Positions 37,530 to 46,478 of a stretch of DNA of 64,000 nt are shown here, piece after piece. A program made the position numbers and the translations under genes. The notes beneath the pieces are model-generated. The model worked only from the letters and a program-made list of their open reading frames with translations. It ran no database searches and was not told where the DNA came from. Origin of the DNA: a bacterium (GTDB lineage Bacteria; Patescibacteriota; Patescibacteriia; Patescibacteriales; UBA12465); the NCBI GenBank assembly GCA_035400585.1, contig DAOMZR010000001.1, positions 191,347-255,346 on the forward strand, written 5' to 3'. The stretch's first letter is position 1, and each line of letters begins with the position of its first letter.

Positions 37530-39374
37530 TTAATCTTTTTTTTCTAAATCCAAAAAATCTTCAACTTTTTTAATAATCGTTTCTGGATTGATGTTGTATT
37601 TTTTGTTATAAGCTAACTGTTTTTTTCTTCTTCTCTCCACTTCTTTAACCGCATTTTTAATTGAGCCAGTCATGTTATCGGCATACAAAATAATTTTACC
37701 TCTTACGTTACGCGCAGCTCTACCCATTGTTTGAATAAGCGACGTTTGGCTACGCAAAAAACCTTCACGATCAGCGTCTAAAATAGCCACTAATGACACT
37801 TCCGGCAAATCTAATCCCTCACGAAGCAAATTAACACCAATTAAAATATCAAATTTACCCAAACGAAAATCTTTTAAAATTTCAGTTCTAGCCAAAGTCT
37901 TAACGTCGGAGTGAAGATAGTTTGATTTTATATTTTTTTGTTTTAAATAAACATCCAAGTCTTCCGCTTGTTTTTTAGTCAACGTATTAATAATAACTCT
38001 TTCGCTCTTTTTAATTATCTTCTCCGATTCTTCTATTATATCATTAATTTGACTGTGATTATTTTTTTTATCAAAAACTGGTCTAATTTCAATTTCTGGA
38101 TCAACTAAACCCGTGGGACGAATTACTTGTTCAGCTATTTGTTTAGATTTTTCTAATTCAAATTTTCCTGGAGTGGCAGTTGTAAAAATTGTTTGTGAAA
38201 TTCTTTTTTCAAATTCACCAAATCTAAGCGGACGATTATCTAGTGCCGAAGGTAAACGCCAGCCATATTTAACCAAAGTTTCTTTACGACTTCTATCACC
38301 AGCATACATCCCACCAATTTGAGGAACAGCAATATGACTTTCATCTATTACTAGTAAAAAATCGGGCTTACCATTTTTGTCTCTAGGAAAATATTCCAAA
38401 AGAGAATCTGGAGATTCTCCAGCTAACTTACCAGTTAAGTGTCGAGAATAATTTTCAATGCCATGACAATAGCCAAGACTTCGAAGCATTTCTATGTCAT
38501 ATTTCACTCTTCGTTCTAATCTTTCAGCTTCTAAATATAGCTTATTCTTTTTAAAATATTTTAAACGATCTTTCAGCTCCTCTTTAATACTTTCTATCGC
38601 TTGCTCTATTTGGGGCTTAGTAGAAATAAAATGTTTTGGCGGAAAAATGACTATTTCTGGTAAGTGTTCTAAAATATTTTTAGTAGTATTATCAATAATA
38701 CTTAAATCAGAAACTTTTTGTTCGTTTAAATCTAATCGATAAATAATATTTTCCGACATTGGTCTAATTTCAAAAACATCCCCTCTAACTCTAAACTGAC
38801 CGCGTTTAACATCTCCCAACGATCTTTCAAATTGCATTTTTATCAATTGTGAAATCAAATCTGATCTAGTTAATGGTTTATCTTTTTCTAAATGTAAAGC
38901 GGCTTCCATGTAACTAACTGGAACACCTAGGTTATAAATACAAGAAACCGAAGCCACAATAATAACATCTCGACGAGAAAGAAGAGCCGAGGTTGCTCCG
39001 TGGCGAAGCCTGTCGATTTCATCATTAATCATTGCTTCTTTTTCAATATAAGTATCAGAATTGGGCATGTAAGCTTCTGGCTGGTAGTAATCATAATAAG
39101 AAACAAAATAATGGACAGCGTTCTCGGGAAAAAAATTTTTGTATTCTCGATATAGTTGAGCGGCTAAGGACTTATTGGGAGCCATAACCAAAACCGGTCT
39201 ATTTAGCTCTTGAATAATGTTAGCCACCGTGAAGGTTTTCCCTGAGCCAGTTACACCAAGCAGTGTTTGATAATCAAAACCCCTCTCTATTCCTTGCAGG
39301 AGCTTTTTAATGGCCTCTGGCTGATCACCAGCCGGCTTAAAACCTGATTTAAGTTTAAACAATTTTTCCTTCAC
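37530..39374 (-). CDS. uvrB: Excinuclease ABC subunit B (GTG start)
   Basis: FKPAGDQPEAIKKL, LLGVTGSGKTFTVANII, YYDYYQPEAYMPNSDTYIEKEAMINDEIDRLRHGAT, GVNLLREGLDLPEVSLVAILDADREGFLRS. Confidence 0.98.
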   Translation of the reverse strand: MKEKLFKLKSGFKPAGDQPEAIKKLLQGIERGFDYQTLLGVTGSGKTFTVANIIQELNRPVLVMAPNKSLAAQLYREYKNFFPENAVHYFVSYYDYYQPEAYMPNSDTYIEKEAMINDEIDRLRHGATSALLSRRDVIIVASVSCIYNLGVPVSYMEAALHLEKDKPLTRSDLISQLIKMQFERSLGDVKRGQFRVRGDVFEIRPMSENIIYRLDLNEQKVSDLSIIDNTTKNILEHLPEIVIFPPKHFISTKPQIEQAIESIKEELKDRLKYFKKNKLYLEAERLERRVKYDIEMLRSLGYCHGIENYSRHLTGKLAGESPDSLLEYFPRDKNGKPDFLLVIDESHIAVPQIGGMYAGDRSRKETLVKYGWRLPSALDNRPLRFGEFEKRISQTIFTTATPGKFELEKSKQIAEQVIRPTGLVDPEIEIRPVFDKKNNHSQINDIIEESEKIIKKSERVIINTLTKKQAEDLDVYLKQKNIKSNYLHSDVKTLARTEILKDFRLGKFDILIGVNLLREGLDLPEVSLVAILDADREGFLRSQTSLIQTMGRAARNVRGKIILYADNMTGSIKNAVKEVERRRKKQLAYNKKYNINPETIIKKVEDFLDLEKKD

Positions 39375-39434
39375 AAATTTATAAAATTTATATCAATTTT
39401 AGATAATTATAACATTATTAAATTAAATAAAAAA

Positions 39435-39454
39435 GGGTTGAACCAATTCAACCC
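39435..39454 (-). terminator. Hairpin terminator (one of two in tandem) downstream of the 39509 gene
   Basis: gggttgaa-ccaa-ttcaaccc; minus strand continues TTTTTTA. Confidence 0.75.
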
Positions 39455-39467
39455 GATGATATAATAA

Positions 39468-39491
39468 AGGGAAGCTAAATTTGCTTCCCTT
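39468..39491. terminator. Second hairpin
   Basis: aagggaagctaaatttgcttccctt. Confidence 0.6.
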
Positions 39492-39508
39492 ATATTTTTT
39501 TGCTTGGT

Positions 39509-39931
39509 TTAAACTGGAGAAAGCCAGAAAAAACCATTTTTAATAACTATTTCTGCCGGAACAACACCCAAATATATACGGTCATTGTAACAACCTTCTT
39601 CAATATTGGGACTTTCAATAAAAACAAAAACTAAAATTTTTGATTTTTCCTTTAATTCTTTTTTGGAATAAATGTCTACAACAATGCTTTTGGGTGAAAA
39701 CTTTTTTACCAAATAGCTTTCCAAAGCAACATTAAAAGAATACTTGCTTGTCAGACCATAAACCTCTTCAGAACTAAGAAAAAATTTTTGTGTTGACAAC
39801 AAGATGCTATCTTTAATATTAAGCGCTGTTTTGATTTCTTTTAAATCCACTAAAACCGAAACTGTTCTTTTCTGCGAAAAGGCAGAGATCACAACACAAA
39901 TCAAGATCAAAATAATAGTTACCTTTTTCAT
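39509..39931 (-). CDS. Small secreted protein of Bacteroidota-like character, unknown function
   Basis: MKKVTIILILICVVISAFSQKRTVSVLVD: signal peptide ending ..SAFS|Q; start context AAACATG differs from window consensus. Confidence 0.6.
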   Translation of the reverse strand: MKKVTIILILICVVISAFSQKRTVSVLVDLKEIKTALNIKDSILLSTQKFFLSSEEVYGLTSKYSFNVALESYLVKKFSPKSIVVDIYSKKELKEKSKILVFVFIESPNIEEGCYNDRIYLGVVPAEIVIKNGFFWLSPV

Positions 39932-40081
39932 GTTTCTTTTTTTTAGGTTAATATAATCAACATTTAAAAAATTCTTAGAAATTAAGGATGTTTTAGATGT
40001 TAACTATTTTAACCATCTTTTTAAAGAGCCTTGCTACGACTTTCAACTATAACATATTTAAAAATATTTGTCAATAGTTAC

Positions 40082-40315
40082 TTATTTTTTACTCTTTTTT
40101 AAAATAAAACAACTTAAAACAAAAGAGATTAAAAAGAATAAAGCACCATAAAAACAAGGGGTTATAAAGGGATTTACAACCTGACCGCCAGGAGCACAAC
40201 CCAAAGAGCATGGTTCATAGTTTAACCAATCTCTTAATTCTATCGAAAAATTAATAAGAGCAAACAACGTTCCAAATAAAAGAACATAAAATTGAACTAA
40301 AATTAGTTTTTTCAT
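40082..40315 (-). CDS. Small two-TM membrane protein, Cys-rich loop
   Basis: 77 aa; NYEPCSLGCAPGGQVVNPFITPCFYGALFFLISFVLSCFILKKSKK. Confidence 0.55.
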   Translation of the reverse strand: MKKLILVQFYVLLFGTLFALINFSIELRDWLNYEPCSLGCAPGGQVVNPFITPCFYGALFFLISFVLSCFILKKSKK

Positions 40316-40358
40316 ACTTTTAAAAAATCAATTATATATAAGTTTAACTATTTTTAAA

Positions 40359-40820
40359 CTAATAATGATATCTTTTTCCCTTTTCAATACTAACCGCTCG
40401 ATAAATTTGCTCAACTAAAATAGCTTTAGCCATCTCATGCAAAAAAGTCATTTTAGACAGTGATAACCTTTGATAATCAATTAAAATATCAAAATTAAAA
40501 CCTAAAGCTCCAGCAATTACAAAAATTATTGGCCGATCAATAGAAAATATTTTCTCAGAAAATTGAATTGAATCCAGCTCTTGTCCATTTTCTGACAACA
40601 AAAAAATCTCAGAATTTTTATTTTTATTTAAAAATTCTAAAATTCTTTCACTTTCCTGCTGTTTAACAATTGAAATATTTTTTTCAGAAAAACTTTTGGC
40701 TGGCAATTCAACAAAATCTAGCTTTATTTCTTTACTCAATCTTTTACTGTATTCATTTATTATTTCGCGATAATATTTTTCTTTAACAGCCCCGATACTT
40801 AAAATTGTTATTTTTTTCAT
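40359..40820 (-). CDS. rlmH: 23S rRNA (pseudouridine1915-N3)-methyltransferase RlmH
   Basis: VKEKYYREIINEYSKRLS, FVIAGALGFNFDILI, LSLSKMTFLHEMAKAILVEQIYRAVSIEKGKRYHY. Confidence 0.95.
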   Translation of the reverse strand: MKKITILSIGAVKEKYYREIINEYSKRLSKEIKLDFVELPAKSFSEKNISIVKQQESERILEFLNKNKNSEIFLLSENGQELDSIQFSEKIFSIDRPIIFVIAGALGFNFDILIDYQRLSLSKMTFLHEMAKAILVEQIYRAVSIEKGKRYHY

Positions 40821-40826
40821 AAAACA

Positions 40827-40832
40827 ATATTA
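40827..40832 (-). promoter_or_regulatory. Extended -10 box (TG-T-TAATAT) placing the TSS on the rlmH start codon
   Basis: Minus strand ATGTTAATAT-TGTTTT-ATG. Confidence 0.5.
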
Positions 40833-40856
40833 ACATAAAAAATAGGTAAAAGATAG

Positions 40857-40886
40857 TTGACTTTTCTCCTTATTTTATGTTAGCAT
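40857..40886 (+). promoter_or_regulatory. Promoter for T9SS-like cassette: TTGACT-18-TAGCAT with extended TG
   Basis: TTGACT 40857-40862, TGTTAGCAT ending 40886. Confidence 0.6.
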
Positions 40887-40914
40887 TTATAGTTCGTTGA
40901 ACATTAAAAACTAA

Positions 40915-42504
40915 ATGAAAATCATAAACCAAAATAATCAGAAAATGAAAAGAAACCTGTTTTTATCGCTACTAGCGATATTTGTCTTGCTTGAAATTAG
41001 CAAGGCTCAAATAGTTGAACTCCAAGGAATTAATTGTCCCGGAGAGTTTACTGGTAAACTAGGTGTTGTTACCGATTTTGGTACCGAACCCTATACATAC
41101 CTTTGGAATACCGGAGAAACTACAAATATTATCTCAGGACTTAGTTCTGGATTTTATTCTGTTTCCGTAACCGATGCATTATTGGTAAATCGAGTTTTTA
41201 ATTACAATTTAAACGACCCACTACCAATAACAAACTCTTATTTAACAACTAATAATTCCTCTTGGCCAAACCCAACCGGAACTATTAGTGTAACATCTAG
41301 CGGAGGCACTGGTTGGTATGCCTATTATCTACAAGATAGTACTAGCCAAAAATACATTAATCAATCTGGACCAAACTTTTCTAATCTTTACTCTGGTACT
41401 TATTATTTAGAAACCTTTGATTTAAATGGTTGCCAAAGAAAAGATACTGTTTTAGTTGGTGAAGATGCTGGAATTATACCTAATAATTTTGATATTGATT
41501 ACACAGTCTGCTATGAAGGCACCGCTCCAATTGACATAGAGCCAGGAACAATTCAGGTTCCAGCCTTAATAATAATTGGAGAGGACACAACAACAATCGT
41601 CAAAATTATTCCTGGTCCTAGGCCATACATCAACAGCTTAAACGATACCTTGTCAGTAATTTCTGGGAATGTCTTGCCTGGAAAAAATGAATTTAAAATT
41701 GTAACCTCCGATAACAAGGGTTTTCGTTACTCGTGGTTCGTTGATAGCGTTTTAACTCCCATAAAAATAACCTGGGAACAAGAAAATGTTTTGTGTCACG
41801 GTGGTAATACTGGAAGAATAATTGTTTTAGCTGAAGGAAGTTATAACGATTTTAGTTATAGAATTACTGGTCCTAATTCCTTTTCTAGCAACAACTCTTC
41901 TATAAACAATTTATATGCCGGCAACTATACCGTTACAGCAGAAGATTCTACTGGTTGTAGCATATCTCAAAGCATTATAATTGAAGAACCGATCGAACCT
42001 CTAAGAATTCATTTTGAAACGTTTAAAACTTTTTGTCCTGAATCCGAAGATGGGAGAATATATATAAGATATATAGAAAATGGTTTACCACCTTTTTCAT
42101 ATCTTTGGAGCACTGGAAATGTTTCTTCTGAAATTGATTCTTTAGAAGTCGGTTGGTACAACCTTCGAGTAACCGATTCCAATGGATGTATCGCTTTAGA
42201 TTCGGCTCAAATTACTGGAGGAAATGAAGTTTGCGTTCCAACTGTAATCACCCCGAACGGAGATGGTCACAACGATTTTTTTAATGTTAACAATTTATGT
42301 TATTACTCAGATATTAAAATCGTTATAACTGATAATTTGGGAAAAATTATTTTTGAAACCAACGATTGCAACAACCTTTGGGATGGCAAAGATAAGTCAG
42401 GAAATCTTGTTGATTCCAAAACCACTGTGTTTGTTTATATTGAACAAACAAAAAATGATGGGACTGTTAAAAAATTCAGAAAAACAGTGACAGTATTATA
42501 TTAG
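40915..42504 (+). CDS. Secreted protein with SprB-like repeats and C-terminal CHU_C / type-B T9SS sorting domain
   Basis: SprB-like segments (CHGGNTGRIIVLAEG...GNYTVTAEDSTGCS; PFSYLWSTG...GWYNLRVTDSNGC); C-term CVPTVITPNGDGHNDFFNVNNLCYYSDIKIVITDNLGKIIFETNDCNNLWDGKDKSGNLVDSKTTVFVYIEQTKNDGTVKKFRKTVTVLY. Confidence 0.9.
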   Translation: MKIINQNNQKMKRNLFLSLLAIFVLLEISKAQIVELQGINCPGEFTGKLGVVTDFGTEPYTYLWNTGETTNIISGLSSGFYSVSVTDALLVNRVFNYNLNDPLPITNSYLTTNNSSWPNPTGTISVTSSGGTGWYAYYLQDSTSQKYINQSGPNFSNLYSGTYYLETFDLNGCQRKDTVLVGEDAGIIPNNFDIDYTVCYEGTAPIDIEPGTIQVPALIIIGEDTTTIVKIIPGPRPYINSLNDTLSVISGNVLPGKNEFKIVTSDNKGFRYSWFVDSVLTPIKITWEQENVLCHGGNTGRIIVLAEGSYNDFSYRITGPNSFSSNNSSINNLYAGNYTVTAEDSTGCSISQSIIIEEPIEPLRIHFETFKTFCPESEDGRIYIRYIENGLPPFSYLWSTGNVSSEIDSLEVGWYNLRVTDSNGCIALDSAQITGGNEVCVPTVITPNGDGHNDFFNVNNLCYYSDIKIVITDNLGKIIFETNDCNNLWDGKDKSGNLVDSKTTVFVYIEQTKNDGTVKKFRKTVTVLY

Positions 42505-42527
42505 TACTAACAACAAAAATCTAAACA

Positions 42528-43436
42528 ATGAAAAAAATTAAAGTTTTCTCTTTGTTGATAGTGCTATCAACAGGAGTGTTGGCTCAAAATTGGGGAGAAT
42601 ATGATCCCTATCTTTCCAACCCTAGTCTTGGCGCTCACAATGAAATGTTAAAAATAGGATCATTGTATCAGACTGAAATGACCGCTTATGACTACAATCC
42701 AAAATCTTGGTTGTTTTGGGCTACAAGCCCTTTTAATAACCAAAGAGTGGCCTGGGGATTGAAGCTTTCTTCAATTGAAGGTGGTGTTTTAAAAAACACA
42801 TCAGCTGAAGCAAATTTTATATATAATATCCCCTTAAGCGAAACACGTCTGTCATTTTCCTTAGGAGGAAGTGTTAATCAACTTCAATTAATTCGTGAAA
42901 GAGTTGAGGTTTATGATTTAAACGACCCAATTATTCAAGGCGCTGAAAGTGGAAATTGGTTCAATGCAAATTTTGGAATATCTTTTTCAAAAGTAAATAC
43001 CTATTATTTTGGATTGGCAGCTTATAATCTACTACCAAGTCAAACCAATTGGATGGTGTCTAGCTTTGAAAACAAATCAAAAATTACATATAATCTTTCG
43101 GGAATGTATACTTTTGATTTTTTAGAAGGAAATTTGCAATGGGAACTGACTGGACTTGCCTCAACCAATCATCCCGAAAATTTTGACTTGTTAAAATATT
43201 GTATTTCAACCAGAATAATGTTTTTTAAAAAAAGCTTCTGGATTGGAACCGGATATTTAAACGAGACAACAATTAAGGGTAATTTTGGTGTCAATGTTCA
43301 GAATGTATCATTTGCCTATACTGGATACTATTCTCTAGGGACAGCAAGCAATTACGGCTACTCCTTCACTAAACATGAGGTTGTCGTAATATTAAAATTA
43401 CCTTACAGTAAAGCATCAAAAAACAGTGGCGCATGA
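42528..43436 (+). CDS. PorP/SprF family type IX secretion-associated outer-membrane protein
   Basis: MKKIKVFSLLIVLSTGVLAQNWGEYDPYLSNPSLGAHN...RVAWGLKLSSIEGGVLKNTSAEANFIYNIPLSETRLSFSLGGSVN; alternating beta-strand pattern. Confidence 0.82.
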   Translation: MKKIKVFSLLIVLSTGVLAQNWGEYDPYLSNPSLGAHNEMLKIGSLYQTEMTAYDYNPKSWLFWATSPFNNQRVAWGLKLSSIEGGVLKNTSAEANFIYNIPLSETRLSFSLGGSVNQLQLIRERVEVYDLNDPIIQGAESGNWFNANFGISFSKVNTYYFGLAAYNLLPSQTNWMVSSFENKSKITYNLSGMYTFDFLEGNLQWELTGLASTNHPENFDLLKYCISTRIMFFKKSFWIGTGYLNETTIKGNFGVNVQNVSFAYTGYYSLGTASNYGYSFTKHEVVVILKLPYSKASKNSGA

Positions 43437-44764
43437 AAATTACAATCCTAACGCTCTTAATATTTTTTTCTTCTCTGGAAATATCGGCCCAATCAATTGA
43501 TTCCGTTTGGCAAGTTAAAAATTTACCAATAAATTCGGAATTTGATGAATACATGCCCTTTTTAGTGGATACAATTCTAATATTTACTTCCACTAGAAAA
43601 AATTCCCGAGAAGATAAAATTTTTGAGAACACAGAAAAAATATATTATACACCGCTTATTGATACAAGCTTCGGAAAAATAAGAAAATTTACTTACAAGG
43701 CAAATTCGGATGCAAACTCAGCTTTGATTGGTTGCTCTAAAAGTCATTTCTTTTTTTATCGAAGTTATTTTAATAATAACGGTGAGATATTTCTTGCGCC
43801 CAGAAGAGAGATAAACATTAAGATGTTGAAAAAAATTCAAAACATTTTATCCGACAAAGATGAAAATAGTATATCTGTAGTGGAAGATAGTATTTATTTT
43901 ACCAGCAACCGCAACGGAAGCTATGACATCTATCTGCAAACAAAGAAAGAAAAACCAATCCCTTTGGATGTGCTAAATTCAAGTTTTGAAGAACAAGGTG
44001 TTTGGATCTCATCAACAAACAATGAGCTTTATTTTAGCTCTAATCGTGAAGGATCGTTTGATATTTACTGTTCCGATAAAATTGATGGGGCCTGGCAAAT
44101 TCCAAAAAGATTGCCCTTCCCCATTAATACAGAATTTGATGAGCAGGATTTTCGCAAACACAATGATTCAACATTTTTTCTAGCTTCAAATCGTTCTGGT
44201 GGTGTTGGTGGATATGATTTATACAAAATCATGAAAAGCGAAACAAATAAAATCAACACCACTGATACCAGCGAACTAATAATTAAAGAGCCTGAAGAAT
44301 CAACCGACACTACCGTAATCATTATTACCGAACAAGACTCTTTAACTAGCAGAGAACAATTATTGATAGAACTAAAAAAATTAGATCTCATTCCTTTTAG
44401 AGGAGAAATTCAATTGGGTGCGTACAGAAATAATTTAACTTCTGTAAAATTATTTAAAGATTGGTTTGATTGCATCAAAGATCAAAACATTCGCATGGAC
44501 GTTTTTGATGACAAAAAAGAAAAACTTCCTTTAAATAAATTTATAATTGATCAGATTTACACCGACCTAGACTCTGCCCTAAATAAACAAAAAGAAATAA
44601 TAAGAAAGGGTTGTCTACCTACCACGTTTGAAGGAACTCCTTTTATTGCCCTTCTTAGAGCCGATAAAAAGCGTTATGCTATTTTCTGGAAAGAAGAAGA
44701 GTATAAAAATAAAGAAGTTTTCTGGATAACATTGGAAGGAAAAAAAATCTGGCAAAGCAACTAG
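43433..44764 (+). CDS. PD40/TolB-like beta-propeller secreted protein with C-terminal SPOR-like region (T9SS-associated type)
   Basis: Repeats DSIYFTSNRNGSYDIYLQ / NELYFSSNREGSFDIYCSDKIDGAWQIPKRLPFPINTEFDEQ / TFFLASNRSGGVGGYDLYKI; C-term RGEIQLGAYRNNLTSVKLFKDW. Confidence 0.8.
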   Translation: MKITILTLLIFFSSLEISAQSIDSVWQVKNLPINSEFDEYMPFLVDTILIFTSTRKNSREDKIFENTEKIYYTPLIDTSFGKIRKFTYKANSDANSALIGCSKSHFFFYRSYFNNNGEIFLAPRREINIKMLKKIQNILSDKDENSISVVEDSIYFTSNRNGSYDIYLQTKKEKPIPLDVLNSSFEEQGVWISSTNNELYFSSNREGSFDIYCSDKIDGAWQIPKRLPFPINTEFDEQDFRKHNDSTFFLASNRSGGVGGYDLYKIMKSETNKINTTDTSELIIKEPEESTDTTVIIITEQDSLTSREQLLIELKKLDLIPFRGEIQLGAYRNNLTSVKLFKDWFDCIKDQNIRMDVFDDKKEKLPLNKFIIDQIYTDLDSALNKQKEIIRKGCLPTTFEGTPFIALLRADKKRYAIFWKEEEYKNKEVFWITLEGKKIWQSN

Positions 44765-44765
44765 A

Positions 44766-44798
44766 AAAAAGCCCCTAAATTTTAGGGGCTCTTTTTTT
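44766..44798 (+). terminator. Terminator closing the T9SS-like cassette
   Basis: aaaaaGCCCCTAAATTTTAGGGGCtcttttttt. Confidence 0.88.
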
Positions 44799-44823
44799 AT
44801 TATCTTATTTTGTTTATTCTTTA

Positions 44824-45921
44824 TCATTTTAACTTATTTATTTCTTTCGGTTTAAATATACCATCTTCAGTTATAATGCCGGTGATTAAATCAGCCGGGG
44901 TAACATCAAAAACTGGATTAAAAGCTTTAGTACCTTTGGGAGAAATTTCCAACAAAGGATTAAAATTTCTTCCTTGTTTTTTAGACAAATTTCTATTTTC
45001 CCAGAAAGAAGTATGTTTCAAGACTTCGTCACCAGAACGATGCTCTATTTTTATTTCTTTGCCTGTTTTTGTATCAAAATCAATTGTGGCCTTAACGGCA
45101 GCTATATAAAAAGGAATTTTGTACCTTTTAGACATCAAAGCTAAAGGATAAGTCCCGATCTTATTGGCTGTGTCGCCGTTTAAAGCTATTCTATCGGCAC
45201 CGACTATTACCATATCAACCATTTTATTCTCCATTAAAAATCCACTAGCGCTATCAATATTTACTCGATGCTCAATGCCAGATTTATTCATTTCCCAGGC
45301 AGTCAATCTAGCTCCTTGAAGCCAAGGTCTAGTTTCATCAATTAAAACTGATATTTTTTTACCATTTAAAACAGCACTATATATCGGAGCTGTAGCTGTT
45401 CCATACCAAATAGCTGAAAGTGATCCGGCATTACAATGAGTCATGATGCGATAATTGTTTTTAATTAATTTCTCACCGTAAGCTCCTATTTTTAAATTAT
45501 TATTTACTTCGCTCTCTAATAATTTTTTATAAGAATTATAAATATCTTTTTTAATACCACCAACAGTATTTGAATTTATTTCGCTAAGTATTTTATTCAC
45601 AGCCCAAGACAAATTATTGGCTGTTGGACGAGCCTTAATTATTTCTTGAGCTATTTTTTTTAAATAATTTAAAAAATCAAAGGGATTACTTTTTTTGTAG
45701 GCCAAAGAGGCTAAAAAAACACCAGCACCACCAACGGCCCCAATAGCCTGAGCTCCTCGAACATTAAACTCTTTTATAGCTAAAATTGCCTGACTATATT
45801 TTTTAAGTTGAATAAATTTCAGTTTATCGGGCAAATAAACTTGATCAATTATTATTACCCTATCCTTTTTTAACTCGACAGTTAATGGCAAAAGTTTTTG
45901 TAATTGCTTTAAATTTTTCAT
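44824..45921 (-). CDS. mtnA: S-methyl-5-thioribose-1-phosphate isomerase (MtnA) family
   Basis: FNVRGAQAIGAVGG, MTHCNAGSLSAIWYGTATAPIY, VLIDETRPWLQGARLTAWEM, VGADRIALNGDTANKIGTYPLA. Confidence 0.93.
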   Translation of the reverse strand: MKNLKQLQKLLPLTVELKKDRVIIIDQVYLPDKLKFIQLKKYSQAILAIKEFNVRGAQAIGAVGGAGVFLASLAYKKSNPFDFLNYLKKIAQEIIKARPTANNLSWAVNKILSEINSNTVGGIKKDIYNSYKKLLESEVNNNLKIGAYGEKLIKNNYRIMTHCNAGSLSAIWYGTATAPIYSAVLNGKKISVLIDETRPWLQGARLTAWEMNKSGIEHRVNIDSASGFLMENKMVDMVIVGADRIALNGDTANKIGTYPLALMSKRYKIPFYIAAVKATIDFDTKTGKEIKIEHRSGDEVLKHTSFWENRNLSKKQGRNFNPLLEISPKGTKAFNPVFDVTPADLITGIITEDGIFKPKEINKLK

Positions 45922-46474
45922 GATATTTTTGAATTAATTTTAGAGTTGATGAAATATTTTTACCTAAAGCTAAAACCCCATGATTTTGCATTATTAAATA
46001 ATCCCCCTTTTTTGAAGCGTTTTTAATTGCTCTAGCTGATTCCATTGTTCCGTAAGAATATTCTCTAACATAAATAACATTATCTAATTTATCCTTACAA
46101 TTTACAGCCAAAAAATCATGAGAATGCAAAACGCAATTTATATCTGGTCGAGCCTGATAAACACCCCAATGAAGACGAGCTTCAGAACTTGGTTCTTTCT
46201 TTCCATAAACATAAACATCATCACCCTTAAAACCAGAAACTAAAACAAAATCACTCTTTTTTAGTTGATGAGGAAAAGAACCAGTGGTTTTAATAATTAT
46301 TCCCTTTTTAGTTCTAACACTAAAATTACCACCATTATTATCTTTGCAGCCCAATTTAGCCAAATCTTTTCCGGTTTTAATTAGCTTCTCCATTAAACCT
46401 AATTCTTTGGGGCTAGGACTAAAATCACCCTTATAAACAGTTTTAAATTTAGTACCAATATATTTTTCACCCAT
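45860..46474 (-). CDS. Class II aldolase/adducin family protein
   Basis: LAKLGCKDNNGGNFSVRTKKGIIIKTTG, HWGVYQARPDINCVLHSHDFLAV, YLIMQNHGVLALG. Confidence 0.9.
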   Translation of the reverse strand: MGEKYIGTKFKTVYKGDFSPSPKELGLMEKLIKTGKDLAKLGCKDNNGGNFSVRTKKGIIIKTTGSFPHQLKKSDFVLVSGFKGDDVYVYGKKEPSSEARLHWGVYQARPDINCVLHSHDFLAVNCKDKLDNVIYVREYSYGTMESARAIKNASKKGDYLIMQNHGVLALGKNISSTLKLIQKYHEKFKAITKTFAINCRVKKG

Positions 46475-46478
46475 AAAA

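Noticed and set aside
43369-43632. 87-aa minus-strand ORF opposite the PorP/SprF and PD40 genes
   Set aside because: Overlaps two well-supported CDSs on the other strand; no start context or homology signal.
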